Source: Euprymna scolopes
Taxonomy: Eukaryota
DNA: 64,000 bases
Strand: one strand, 5' to 3'
Assembly: GCA_053919585.1 (NCBI GenBank)
Contig: CM132816.1
Made by a program: the position numbers and the translations under genes. Positions 13,571-24,360 of this stretch are shown in pieces. Positions within the stretch are counted from its first letter, which is position 1, and each line of letters opens with the position of its first letter. The notes under the pieces are model-generated. The model searched no databases, was not told where the DNA came from, and worked only from the letters and a program-made list of their open reading frames with translations.

Positions 13571-13897
13571 AATCAATGGTATATATTTTTAATCCATCTA
13601 GAGGAAACTATGTAATAACTTATTAAGGACAATCTATATAATTATAAAACTCAAATACCCTTGTAACAATGTATGTAACCCACTTTCCAGTTTATGACAT
13701 CCGGTTGTGCATGCGCGCATAACCTGTGCACTGAAAAAAAGCAGATATATCAAAATTTGAATTTAACTATAAGTATTATGGTATCTGTTCAGTGCACATT
13801 TACCTATAAGTATGGCCAACCACTTATAATTCAGTAACTGTAAATTTTTTTTTTTTCAAAAATAATCAATTATAATAAACAGAACAACTCATAGAAA

Positions 13898-14025
13898 TCT
13901 ATCTATATTCTTTTTTTCTTTTTTATATACTTTCATAGAAATGTTTCTGTTATGTCAAAAAAACTATTTTGTTTACATCACAAGCTCATACATGAATTCC
14001 GTAGAATGGGCCACGGGTAGTCTAG
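13898..14025 (+). mobile_element. Short non-autonomous Helitron-like element
   Basis: a|TCtatctat start, and a 3' hairpin ccgtagaatgggccacgg followed by CTAG|t. Confidence 0.5.
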
Positions 14026-14311
14026 TCCTTAATTAAATCCTCAGTTGTATAATTAAATCCTTAGTTCCACCTTTTTTAAATGTCACTTCATATTTATTCT
14101 TCAATGGAATATCTTAGTTTTCACCACGAATTCAATTTTGATTTGGATAAATGATTCATTAAATAATAATACCTTTCCTGAAGAAGCATATTTATCCTTT
14201 TTATGATTAACTTATTAATCTTTAATCTTCTATTGATAGAATGAGGAAATGATCCAGACTTTCAATGTTCTTGATATATCACGTGCATGTTTTAAATGCA
14301 ATCTCCTCATA

Positions 14312-14460
14312 TACAGGGTGACCCCAAAAAAATATGGGCCCGACTCTAATTAGGCCCTGTTTCTTAGTGTTTCATTTGAATGAAATGAAACTTTGGTCAT
14401 AACTAGTTGATTATATTCAAAACATCACATCAAAACACTAGGGTCTTTGGCCTTTTTTTC
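14312..14460 (+). mobile_element. Possible Tc1/mariner-type terminal remnant
   Basis: TA followed by CAGGGTGACCCCAAAAAA is a typical Tc1/mariner MITE terminus. No partner TIR was found. Confidence 0.3.
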
Positions 14461-14899
14461 TGTTCTACATTATATGTTCTAGATGGCCTAAATTTAGCTT
14501 TTGTTTTTTTTTTTGGTCACCTAACAACCAAATTTTGAAGAGCAGTAGACACACAAAAGTAACTTTGCATCAAACATCAATTGCCTATTTCTGCTTTTGA
14601 TTTTATTTTTATTTCTTGTACATTGCTATTTCTAAGTCAAATTGCTTTCATACCTTTTTGTAACTCTCACATTTTCTTCTATTTGATGAAAACACAACTT
14701 TTCTTGAATGAAAACAGTTGTGTGCCACCTTTCTCTTGTTTTGCAATTTTCATTCTGGTATCATCCCAAACATCATTCTTAGAAGTCTACAAAAACTCTT
14801 AACATCTTATCAGTTAAGCTAATTTGATTATTTTTGTTGGAGGAGGGGGGGGGGGCTACTTACTTTTCCTGTGGGAATGAATTTTGATTTTATTATAGA

Positions 14900-16021
14900 C
14901 TAGCCTGGGTGCCCGGCATTGGAGGTGTGTGTTGAGCAAAAAAAAAAAAAAAGTGGTAGTAAGCAGACAGGCTCAAACCCATACTGCGAAGGAGAACATG
15001 GGGAAAAAAAAAAAAAAAGTGACGTCTTTGCTATTGCGCTCGTTGCTAAACCGGAAGTGACGTACGTTTAAATTAAGGCTAGACAATCGAAAAGAAGGGA
15101 TGACTTTCGAAAATATCGGCAAAAAAGCGACCTCCCTCCCTGTAGAAAACTGCCCAGTTGAGAGTGAAGGAAGTAATGTTTTTGGCCAATTTTTCGATAT
15201 TTGTTGCCCGAAAGGTTGACCTTCAAAATGATACTGATCTCTTGAAAATCTGTCAAAAGCTTTAGGCAAACATAGAAACATACATTTAAACAGACAGGTG
15301 AGATTTATATTATAAATTAGCTTAGGTGCCCGGTGTTGCTCGGGTGTTTGGAGGGAGGTGTGTGTTGAACAAAAAAAATAAAATAAAAAAGTGAGCCGGA
15401 AAGCTCAAACCTGTACTGCGAAGAAGGAAAAGAACATGAAAAAAACTGACATCATTGCTGTTGCGCCCATTGCTAAACCAAAAGTGACATAGGTTTATAT
15501 TAAGGCTAGTCACTCGAAAAGAGGTGTTGACTTTTGGGAATGTCGGTGAAAAAAGCGACCCCTCCCTGTAGAAAAGTGCCCGGTTGTGGATGAAAGAATT
15601 AATGTTTTTAGCCAATTTTTCGATATTTGTCATCCAAAGCGTCGAGCTTCAAAACAGTACCACTCTTGTGAAAATCCGTCACCTCTGTCAAAAGTTTTAG
15701 GCAGACATACATACATACATTAAAACAGATAGGTGATATTTATATTAAAGTTGGTTGGTTAGTTGTTTTTGTTTTACGGCATATCAACCCTTTTCGGGTT
15801 ATTTAATGCCGAATCCAAAGATTTTGAAAAAAAATTTTTAATAAATTATATGTGTTGTTTTTAACCCATATTTAGGACCCTAACAGGTACTACCACTCCG
15901 GGTCAGAGTGGACCTGGGAGCAATGGTAATTAAAGGGTGGCTCCACACTCTCCAAAGCCCGCAAGCTGGGGCCTCACCACTGGATATAGTTTGTCATATC
16001 CAGGACCTTATATTAAAGAGA
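14900..16021 (-). mobile_element. Two head-to-tail non-autonomous Helitron-like elements (14900-15316 and 15317-16021)
   Basis: The two copies are mutually homologous. Minus-strand 3' ends are caatgccgggcacccaggCTAG and caacaccgggcacctaagCTAA; 5' ends are T(C/T)...taatataaat. Same family as 18475-19317. Confidence 0.75.
15751..16007 (-). mobile_element. 5'-truncated SINE with a Nin/Deu central domain and an I/Nimb LINE-derived tail
   Basis: Minus strand contains ggagagtgtggagccaccc...ctcccaggtccactctgacccggagtggtagtacctgttagggtcc, recognised as the Nin/Deu core. The tail is cggcattaaataaccc...ggttgatatgccgtaaaac plus (CAAC)n-like repeats. 11-bp TSD ttatattaaag at 15740-15750 and 16008-16018. 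Confidence 0.85.
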
Positions 16022-16439
16022 CCATCTTATCAAAGTCTTAATATATATAGTTATTGATCTGGAAAGAAGATATGCAGGCATCTCTCTATCATCCATGAAA
16101 TAGTAGACAAGACTGACCTCATGAAAGGGCAATATTTTTAGAAGGTTGGTGAAGGTGTGGGTTGAAATAATACCTCTCCTAATGAAACATTGTATCTTCT
16201 GTACAGACTTCACTTACCTATTGAAGAGAGACAATTCTGCCATCTTGAATGAATCACACAGAACAAATTCATTTGTCAAGCTGATCTGATTATAATTTAT
16301 GGTCATCATCAGGATCAATCAATTACAATGAATATAGAATGCATTTGACTTTTTTTCTTTTCAAAATTCAAGTTGTATTACGATTTTGAATTCTAGAACT
16401 TATTAGTTTTAAGTACTGTATCAAGAGATTTATGACGAG

Positions 16440-16640
16440 CTATCTGGACAGATTGTGTGGCATATATACTGATATATTATTACTATGATTAATACCTACA
16501 GACGCTAGTGTTTCATCCTTTCTGGAATCATCAGTGCAGGGTGTCACGATTACAGCCGGTCGGGAGATTCGAACCCAACCACAAAGCTATCTCTTCACTT
16601 CATAAGCAAGGAACAAACCACACGGCAAACTATAACCGCA
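16440..16640 (-). mobile_element. tRNA-box (Pol III) SINE-like element carrying the hammerhead
   Basis: B-box GGTTCGAATC (plus-strand 16566-16575) lies ~25 nt upstream of the ribozyme, with an imperfect A-box TTGCCGTGTGG ~40 nt further upstream. A partial duplicate is at 16847-16898. Confidence 0.55.
16495..16540 (-). ncRNA. Minimal type I hammerhead ribozyme
   Basis: Minus strand reads CCUGCA-CUGAUGA-UUCC agaaa GGAU-GAAA-C acuagc GUC-UGUAGG. The core is complete, helix I is 6 bp with one G.U, helix II is 3 bp plus U.U, helix III is minimal, and the cleavage triplet is GUC. Confidence 0.75.
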
Positions 16641-16895
16641 AGAAATATTGTTGAAATTTAAACATTTATTATTAAATGTTGAGATGTCTGTTCATCGTGA
16701 TCTAATGATTATGATTTGCGCATGCGAGCTTAAGTGCTTAACAATAAGAACTGAGTTCTTAAAAGGGCTGACATAATGACGTGTTTGTGGGTATTTAAAA
16801 ATTATTATAATAATATATTATAATAATTTTTAAATACCCACAAACACTGGAATCATCAGTGCAGGGTGTCACGATTACAGCCAGTCAGGAGATTC

Positions 16896-16929
<34 letters not shown>

Positions 16930-16965
16930 GAATCTCCCGACTGGCTGTAATCAGTCCTGTTATAT

Positions 16966-17680
16966 ATATAACAGGACCGACACAGCACTATATCACACCA
17001 GGTGTCTCTAACCTCGTCGAACTGCACCTAATATGACAGGTGCTATGTTGTCTCATCACAAGTTGGCCTATTGATCATCTTCATATGTTGTGTTTCTCTG
17101 GTGGGGCCCTTCGCCTCTCGACTGAATTTTCTCCTATCCTGTGTAGTCTCCGGGTACATTAATCACTCTGCTGGTCCTTGCAGTTTGCTGCAAAATGAAG
17201 AGTTCTCACCACAAACAAACAGAACTCCGGTTGGTAACAATAACAAACTATATATTAATTTCATTACTTCACAATGGCTACTGTCTAAATTGGGGCGACT
17301 GACTATAGCAGTGAACGATGTATGACCAGACAAGTAAAGTCACAGATTTCCCACTAACACAGGCTAGTTAACATCATAAATCAGGCCTTGAGGGCCTCCA
17401 AGTCTTGATCAGCCCAGCCGTTCAGTTTGCTATGACTTTACTCTTTTTAGAATTCCTTTTTCTGAATCCAACCTCTTTTCCTCACTTCCCCCTCAGAGAT
17501 TAGTTAAAACCACCCTTTCTTTTTTCCTCTCAGAGCCTACCCTTGTCTCATCCACTCAACACTTCTCTCTCTCCTTCCTGGGAAAGGAGGTGGTTGCTTT
17601 TTTTTTTTTTTTTTTTGCCCCGCACTGTGTGCGGCCCTTATCATCTAATGTCACTTCTAATACAACCATCTCCTTTGACA
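16966..17680 (-). mobile_element. Possible solo LTR in a (TA)n tract
   Basis: Compositionally distinct block from ..taacagg to ..ctttgaca, flanked by tata/tatc. One terminus is imperfect. Confidence 0.25.
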
Positions 17681-18032
17681 TATCTGAGATAATTCCAATT
17701 CTGTCTCCACTTTTGAAACAGTATAACATCTTGTTTTCCTGTAACAAGCCCAAAATGACAGCTCGGTGATTGGTCCTATTTGCTAGCTAAGTCTTTGACA
17801 CAAATCGATTATTTGTTGAAGAATAGGTAACAAAAGTTGAAGAACACATGTACTAGTCATGTTTAGTTATGCATAATAGCTTGCTGCAATCTATAATATG
17901 GCAAAACTGCTGCGCAAAGGCTTTTTTGGAGAACTTTTTATATACTCTCTAGATTATATCTACGATTTGTGAACGTCTTTACATTTATTTTGAGCGAGTT
18001 AAAAAAAAAAAACTAGTTTCCAGTATTTCTTT

Positions 18033-19317
18033 ATCTTTCTCATATAAATATGAAACTGAATCGAAACAGTGATTCGTTGGCCAACACGTCTTGAATGCAA
18101 GACGCTTTGATCAATGTTGGGAAAACTCTTCATATTAGACAATTGCTATTCATTTGAGAGTTCCCCCTTTATCAAGGGAGCTTGGTTTCCCCAACATCGT
18201 GGGGAAACAAATAGATGAAACGATGGAAAACTGAATTGGCCTTCAGCCAACGTTCATTTCTGCACCTGCGTAAACTCATTCACTTAGCAAGTCAACTTTT
18301 TGATTGACATCGCTCAATTTGAACGCTTTTCACTTCCAATGGTCGCGTAGCGGCAAAATTTCACTTTCTTTTCCACCTTTGCATCACGACGTCACGTGTT
18401 CGAGCCTGCCTGACTACTAACACTTTTTCTTTCACACGTCCAAACACCTGTGCAAAGCCGGGTACCCCAGCTAGTCTATTATATAAGTCTCACCTGTCTG
18501 TTTAAATTTATGTTTGTATCTCTGCTTAAAATGTTTGACAGAAGCGATGGATTTTCACGAGATCGGTATCCTTTTGAAGCTTCGGACAACAAATATTGAA
18601 AAATTGGCCAAAAACATTAATTCCTTCACCCACAACTGGGCAGTTTTCTACAAGGAGGGGTCGCTATGTTTTTAGATTTGACCTCGAAAACCAAATGTTT
18701 GTTTAAGTGGGTTTTTTTTTATCCACCTTCGCCTCAAGGCTTCAGATTCAAGCCTATCTGTCTACCAAAACTTTTTTTCCTACACACATACACCACAAAC
18801 ACCTGGCCAATGCCTGGCACCCCCACTAGCCTATTATATACAGGCCTCCACACACTTGGGCAATGCCGGGTACCCCTATAAGTTTATTATATAAAAGGCA
18901 AAATGTGTGTGTTTGTATGTCTGCCAAAACCTTCTGACAGACATGTCGAAACATGACAAAATCAGTATCAATTTAAAGCTTTGTCTCTCAGATGACAAAT
19001 ATCGAAAAATTGGCCAAAAACATTAATTCCTTCACCCTCAACTTGGCCGTTTTTCTACAAGAAGGGATTGGTTTTCCTGTCAACATTTTCGCAAGCCGTG
19101 GTGTCTGTTGAATTGACTACTCTTAGGGTTTTTTTCACCTTTTCATCCTTCTCATTATGGGTCTGCCTGCCTACTACCAATTTTTTTTTTTTTTAACAAT
19201 TCTCTCCACTCGGGCTGCCTAGTGGTGTTTTGATTCCCCCTCACCCGCTACTACCACTTTTTTTAACACCTCTACACCTACTCTCCACACCCACGCAACA
19301 TCGGGTATCTCCACTAG
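18033..19317 (+). mobile_element. Tandem run of ~4 non-autonomous Helitron-like elements
   Basis: Junctions are CTAG|TCtattatataag (18474/5), CTAG|cctattatata (18829/30) and ctataag|tttattatataaa (~18882), with a final CTAG|t at 19314-19317. Each end is preceded by a gcaa..ccggg/tcggg hairpin. Confidence 0.75.
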
Positions 19318-19325
19318 TATTTAAT

Positions 19326-19364
<39 letters not shown>

Positions 19365-19650
19365 AGCCGCGCAAACAATCAAAATTATCTACTATAATAT
19401 TATTTGACCAAAAACGAAATATTTGAAATAAACATTAAATGGAAGTTCTTAGTGGGAGTAACCTATTTGAGAAAAGAATGTTGCAGATTGTTTGCTGTTG
19501 ATGCAAATGCTGTTATCAAGCTGTTGTTTGCAATGGACTGAATGGAACAACAGCTTTGAACTATAATAAGCGGAATGATCACACCCTGCACAGTGAACAT
19601 ACACGTCCAGCACCCAGAGAATTGGGATCATCTCTGCAAGGTGCAACAAC

Positions 19651-21315
19651 TAGTGTTGGGACGATTCCTAATTTTTATACGATTCCGATTCCGATTCCAG
19701 GAAAATATTGATTAACGATTCCGATACCAAGTACGATTCCGATTCCTAGCGAATTATTGTTTTGAAATATACCAGGTAGTTTTATACTTATGGTCGGTAG
19801 TTCCCAAATATGGTCCCTAACTTTGGAAGAGATATTTTATGTCTACACCGTCGTGTTTTGGTTTAAATAAAATTATTATATAGTAAACTAAACGGAAAAA
19901 TTAGCAAAATTTATTTTAGAGAAAATTTATTTTACTTAATTGGAATACAGAAAAAAAAAACCAAAGAAAATGGAATTTATCCTTCAGAGCAAAAACAAAT
20001 AAAATAATTTATATAACAGAACAAAAACAAGAAAATTAGAGAATAAATTACCACGATTCATTATTTTGGTCCTCATAATTAACAGATTTAATGAATTAAA
20101 TAAAAAAAAATATAGCGGAAGAGAAAATATATACTAATTAAATATAAAAAAGATAAATATTTAATTTAATAATTTATAAATGAATGTGCGCAATGAAAAA
20201 AACAATATACCACGTGACATGGCGCTGTAGATACAAAATAACCCTTCCAAAGTTAACGACCATATTTGAGAAATACCATTAATCGAAATAAACATTGAAA
20301 AATTACTTATCTCTCAAATTAACGTCCAATAAAGTAGATCCAGTCTTCATACAGGAATTCGGTTATAATAAATATATCTTTCCCAAACTTAAAAATCAAA
20401 TTTTTTTTTTTTTTTGAGAGAGAGTGCTTTCAAAGACGGTAATCATAATTTATTATCATCATTTAATTTCCTTTTTTCCTCCCCCACACCTTTTCACATT
20501 GTTCAGTAGTTAACAAAAAAAAACTTATAGAATTTAATTTTTGAAACCAATGTATAAAAGTTTACATAATGAAATGCAAATATGCATTTTCTTTTGAATT
20601 TTTTTTTTTTGGTTGACTGTGTTCAATTCACACATGGTTGATGCGGTTCAATATTGCTAAACTATAAGTCTTAAGTAAAATTCTATTTATAAATACTTTT
20701 TAAAATGAAATTATTTAATTAATCGTAAATATTATTTAGACATAAAAATTAATTGATTACAAAACCTTTTAAAAAATATATATTAATTTCTTTTTCGTTC
20801 GGCAAAAAACTGCGCCAAACACTTTTTTTTAATTTTCAATTTAAAATTCTAGAAAAAAGATTATATTATTCTGCTTTTAATATAATCAAATTCAGGGTTT
20901 TATCTTTCTGGAGAAAAAAATAAAAAAAATAATGGATTTTATTTCAATGAAATAAAAAAAAAAAAAAAACTTGACTGAATTGAATTAATTACCCTTAAAT
21001 TAACGGAGGGGTTATTTAATAACTTTAAGTTTGGAAGAGATAGGTATGGGGTCGATATTTTTGAAACTTCAAAAGAAACCGACTACTGTCAAAATTTTGC
21101 GAAATAATACGTGATCAATTTCATTTTAGAGATATTTCTTTCAAAAGCCTTCTTTTAAAAAAAGAAAAAAAAAGTATATTGTTCTATTAAACCTTTTACT
21201 GTTTAAATAATTTGACTTTGCTCGTTTTATTTTAAGAAAATATAAGTTGAAAAAGCATTTTCATTCACTATTAGAAGATTTGTCAGAAAAAAAAACAGTC
21301 GCCAAAAAGATAAGC

Positions 21316-21357
<42 letters not shown>

Positions 21358-21637
21358 CGCAATGTAGAGCCCTGCATACTTCTTTTCAAGTTAACGCTTT
21401 TGTAGTTTTGATTACAATAGATCTGAATGAATGAACCTTGTAAGGGAGGGGCACTAAGCATTGCCCGGTTAGAAATATCAGGAATTTTTTTTTCTTTTTT
21501 TCAACATCAGACTAAAAGAATCGTAATGAAGGAATCGGAAAATTAAGGTATTTTTTAACGATGCGATTCCGATACCTCCCAAAATACACGATTCTTACGA
21601 TTAACGATTCCGATTCCGATTAATCGTCCCACCACTA
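19651..21637. mobile_element. Complete non-autonomous hAT-superfamily DNA transposon (1987 bp)
   Basis: TIRs tagtgttgggacgatt / aatcgtcccaccacta (one mismatch). Perfect 8-bp TSD gcaacaac at 19643-19650 and 21638-21645. Clustered CGATTC subterminal repeats and an AT-rich non-coding interior. Confidence 0.93.
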
Positions 21638-21699
21638 GCAACAACCAAGAGATTCACAGTCCCAGAGTTAGTAAAGTAAAATCAAAAACCAGTATAATA

Positions 21700-23150
21700 G
21701 GTTTAGACCTGGTTTTAGGTTTAGACAACTGATATATTTCTTCAGTTCATCTGGGCTTGTTCATTGTTCTTTTTGGTTTGTCCAAAGGCTTTTTCTTTTA
21801 TTTTTTCTTTTCAATAGGTGGTGAATAGAAATCTAAAACCAAAAAAAAGTTGATAGAACTCAGTGATTGCCAAGGATCCCAATTAGAAAATTAGAGAGAG
21901 GGTTATGTTCTTGTGTGTATCAGGCCGGGGGGGGGGGATATAGTGATTAAGATGGGATAGATCTTTCTACTTAAATAAATTTACTTTATAAATATTAATA
22001 GAGGTAGGTTTTTGAAAGCATTGCCATTTAAAATTGCAACATTTTTTTTCTTATTTTTCTTTCTGTCCATTGGATAATTTCTTTGCGTGGGGAATCTGGT
22101 TGCTGAGCGTTTAAACGCTCAGCATCAGGTCATGATTTTTCATGGACTTTTAAAATGGATGAAAATTAAAATTGTAAAATTTTTATGTTAAATAGATTGA
22201 CTTATTTTTGAGAAATTTTTAAAATATAAATAAAAGTACTCCCACAATTTACACATTGGGAAGTATTTTATAACTACATGCACCTTCAATGCCGAGATTG
22301 CATATGCTCAGTGTTTGTGTAGCAGATGGTGTGGGATTGATTAGTAAAAGTATGTAATTTATTGAAAGGATATACTCTTTATATGTAAATTAATTTTTTA
22401 AAAAGTAATGAAAGAAATGCTTTAGTGAATGTGTTTTGAGTTTGTATTAATTCTTTACATGTCAGGTTTGAATGTATTAAATTTTGTATAAATGAAAATA
22501 TTAGTTATAGAAAGAAAAATAGGTTGGAAAATATTACTGTTGGCAGTTTGAGGCAAATGAATTGTGCGGGTTTAAGGTCGAAAAAATCAGCAGGATTAAG
22601 TAATTTGTATAGTGGAGAAATTTCAATATTCATGCGACACTGGTTTCTTTGTAAACTCTCCTGGACTGTTATATACTTTGAATGATTATTTGGGCCAATA
22701 AGACATCATCTACAAGTGTTGATTTGTCTAGTTTCTGTCTTACAGTTGGTATCAATTTGTTGACTGTCTTTTGTTGGGTCTAGAGAAGTTTAAACAATTT
22801 CGTCTTTTTTTAAATATTGTATCAGTTTTACTTTTTCAAACACTTCACCAATGTTGTTTTTAAATATTTTCTTCAATTATTTATACATATTGTGTTTTAC
22901 TATTATCTGTTGGTTTTTGTATCTATTCCACTTCTTAATCTTTCTTTTTAGGCCTTTATATAGGATTTTTTTTCCTAATTTTATTTGATGGCTTGTCTGC
23001 TTTTTTGTTTCCAGAGATTTTTTTTTTTTTTTTTTTTTTTACATGGGTCATACCAAGCTATTAAAATTATTTTACTGTTCTGTTATTTCATTGTATTCTT
23101 GTGTTAATTGTGTGATGAAGGGGTGCTTGTATTTTCCTTTAGGGCCATGA
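21700..23150 (-). mobile_element. Highly decayed LINE-like remnant(s)
   Basis: T-rich plus strand with scattered minus-strand motifs (EIIQW, LVDDVLL). No continuous frame. Confidence 0.3.
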
Positions 23151-23209
23151 CATAGGGCAGGGAGTCGATATAATAGAGAAAATCCTAATTAACTTGGCTA
23201 GTATGTATG

Positions 23210-24360
23210 TGGTTGTAATAAAAGTGGAAAGGAAAGAGGCTAAACTGGCGGCACGCCATTGGTTTTATGGTTGACGGTCACGTGAGCGATACAGACAGAC
23301 AAATGAGAAAAGTTGAATAAATACAGATGTGAAGTAAACAAGGGGATGAGTTGGAAGAAGGTATTGAAAGAGTGTCAAATCGTGGAGTTGGAAGTTTTGA
23401 CAGCAGTGTCTCCCTAAGAAATTAGGCTTTGATAAGTGGTGACTTTAAAAATAAAAAAAATATCGAATGATTCGATATTCGTTTGATACCAGATTTCGAT
23501 GGATCGTCTGGGTTGAGAAGGCTGAACATATCTGTAAATTGTGCAAAATAAAAGAACCAGCAACAGTCATTCCGTTGAGGTTAACCCAAGATGCCTATGC
23601 AGTAGGCAACAACTTTGAGATAAACCAGACTGGGATGAAATTAATCAGACCATATATAAGGAATGCCATAGTCAAAGTGGTATGAGACGTATTTATCCAC
23701 GGACACAGACTAATCTTGCAACTGTTTGGGAAATAAAGTTGGGGATAAGTTATTGTTGCTACCCTTGCCATTTGGCATACAAGAACAGAACGTTGGCGTC
23801 AAAATTGATGTGCAGTGTTTGGCACTCATAGACATGTTCCTGTTAGCGCAAATCGCTGTCAGATGTTGAGGAAGCAACAATCTCAATTGTACTGAGAACT
23901 GAAAAAGCTGAAGTTGATCACAGCGGCTTGGTTGAGGGAAAAGCAATCTATTTCTATTAAAGAAAAGGATTCTCTGCTACATTTAACGACAAAGGAAGGA
24001 CCAGGACTAAGGTTAGAAGTGCACCATGAGCGAGGCACCAGATCAGCTGTGCAATAACATAACAAAGAACAGACGTGGATTGAATAATGTGCAATAACAT
24101 AAGAACAGACGTGGATTGAAAACGGTTAGAACACATGAAGGATTAATTCCACTTATAGCTATTGAGCAACCGACTAAAGAAAAAAATTCGACCTGTAATG
24201 AATCGGGGTCGAATTTCGTACGTCCATGAAAACTGGCGGGCTGAAAAGATACATTAAGCGCCAAGAATATCCTCGGCAGAACAATCAATCATGGGGAGGG
24301 GGAGGGGGTCGAACCGAAAAATGAGAAGCCTGCTTATTTCTGCAGAATTTCTTACACAAA
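23210..24360 (+). mobile_element. Degraded Ty3/Gypsy LTR retrotransposon (LTR-like segment, gag, protease-region remnant)
   Basis: FDIRLIPDFDGS followed by WVEKAEHICKLCKIKEPATVIPLRLTQDAYAV matches the gag N-terminus of invertebrate Gypsy elements. A PBS-like TGGTGAC is at ~23437. Confidence 0.7.

Noticed and set aside
16560-16635. Functional tRNA gene
   Set aside because: A B-box is present, but I could not build a cloverleaf and there is no terminator. It was treated as a SINE-like head.
19450-19650. Host exon or Tc1 transposase fragment at the hAT target site
   Set aside because: Stops occur in the plausible frames and the resemblance to a Tc1 helix-turn-helix region is only vague.
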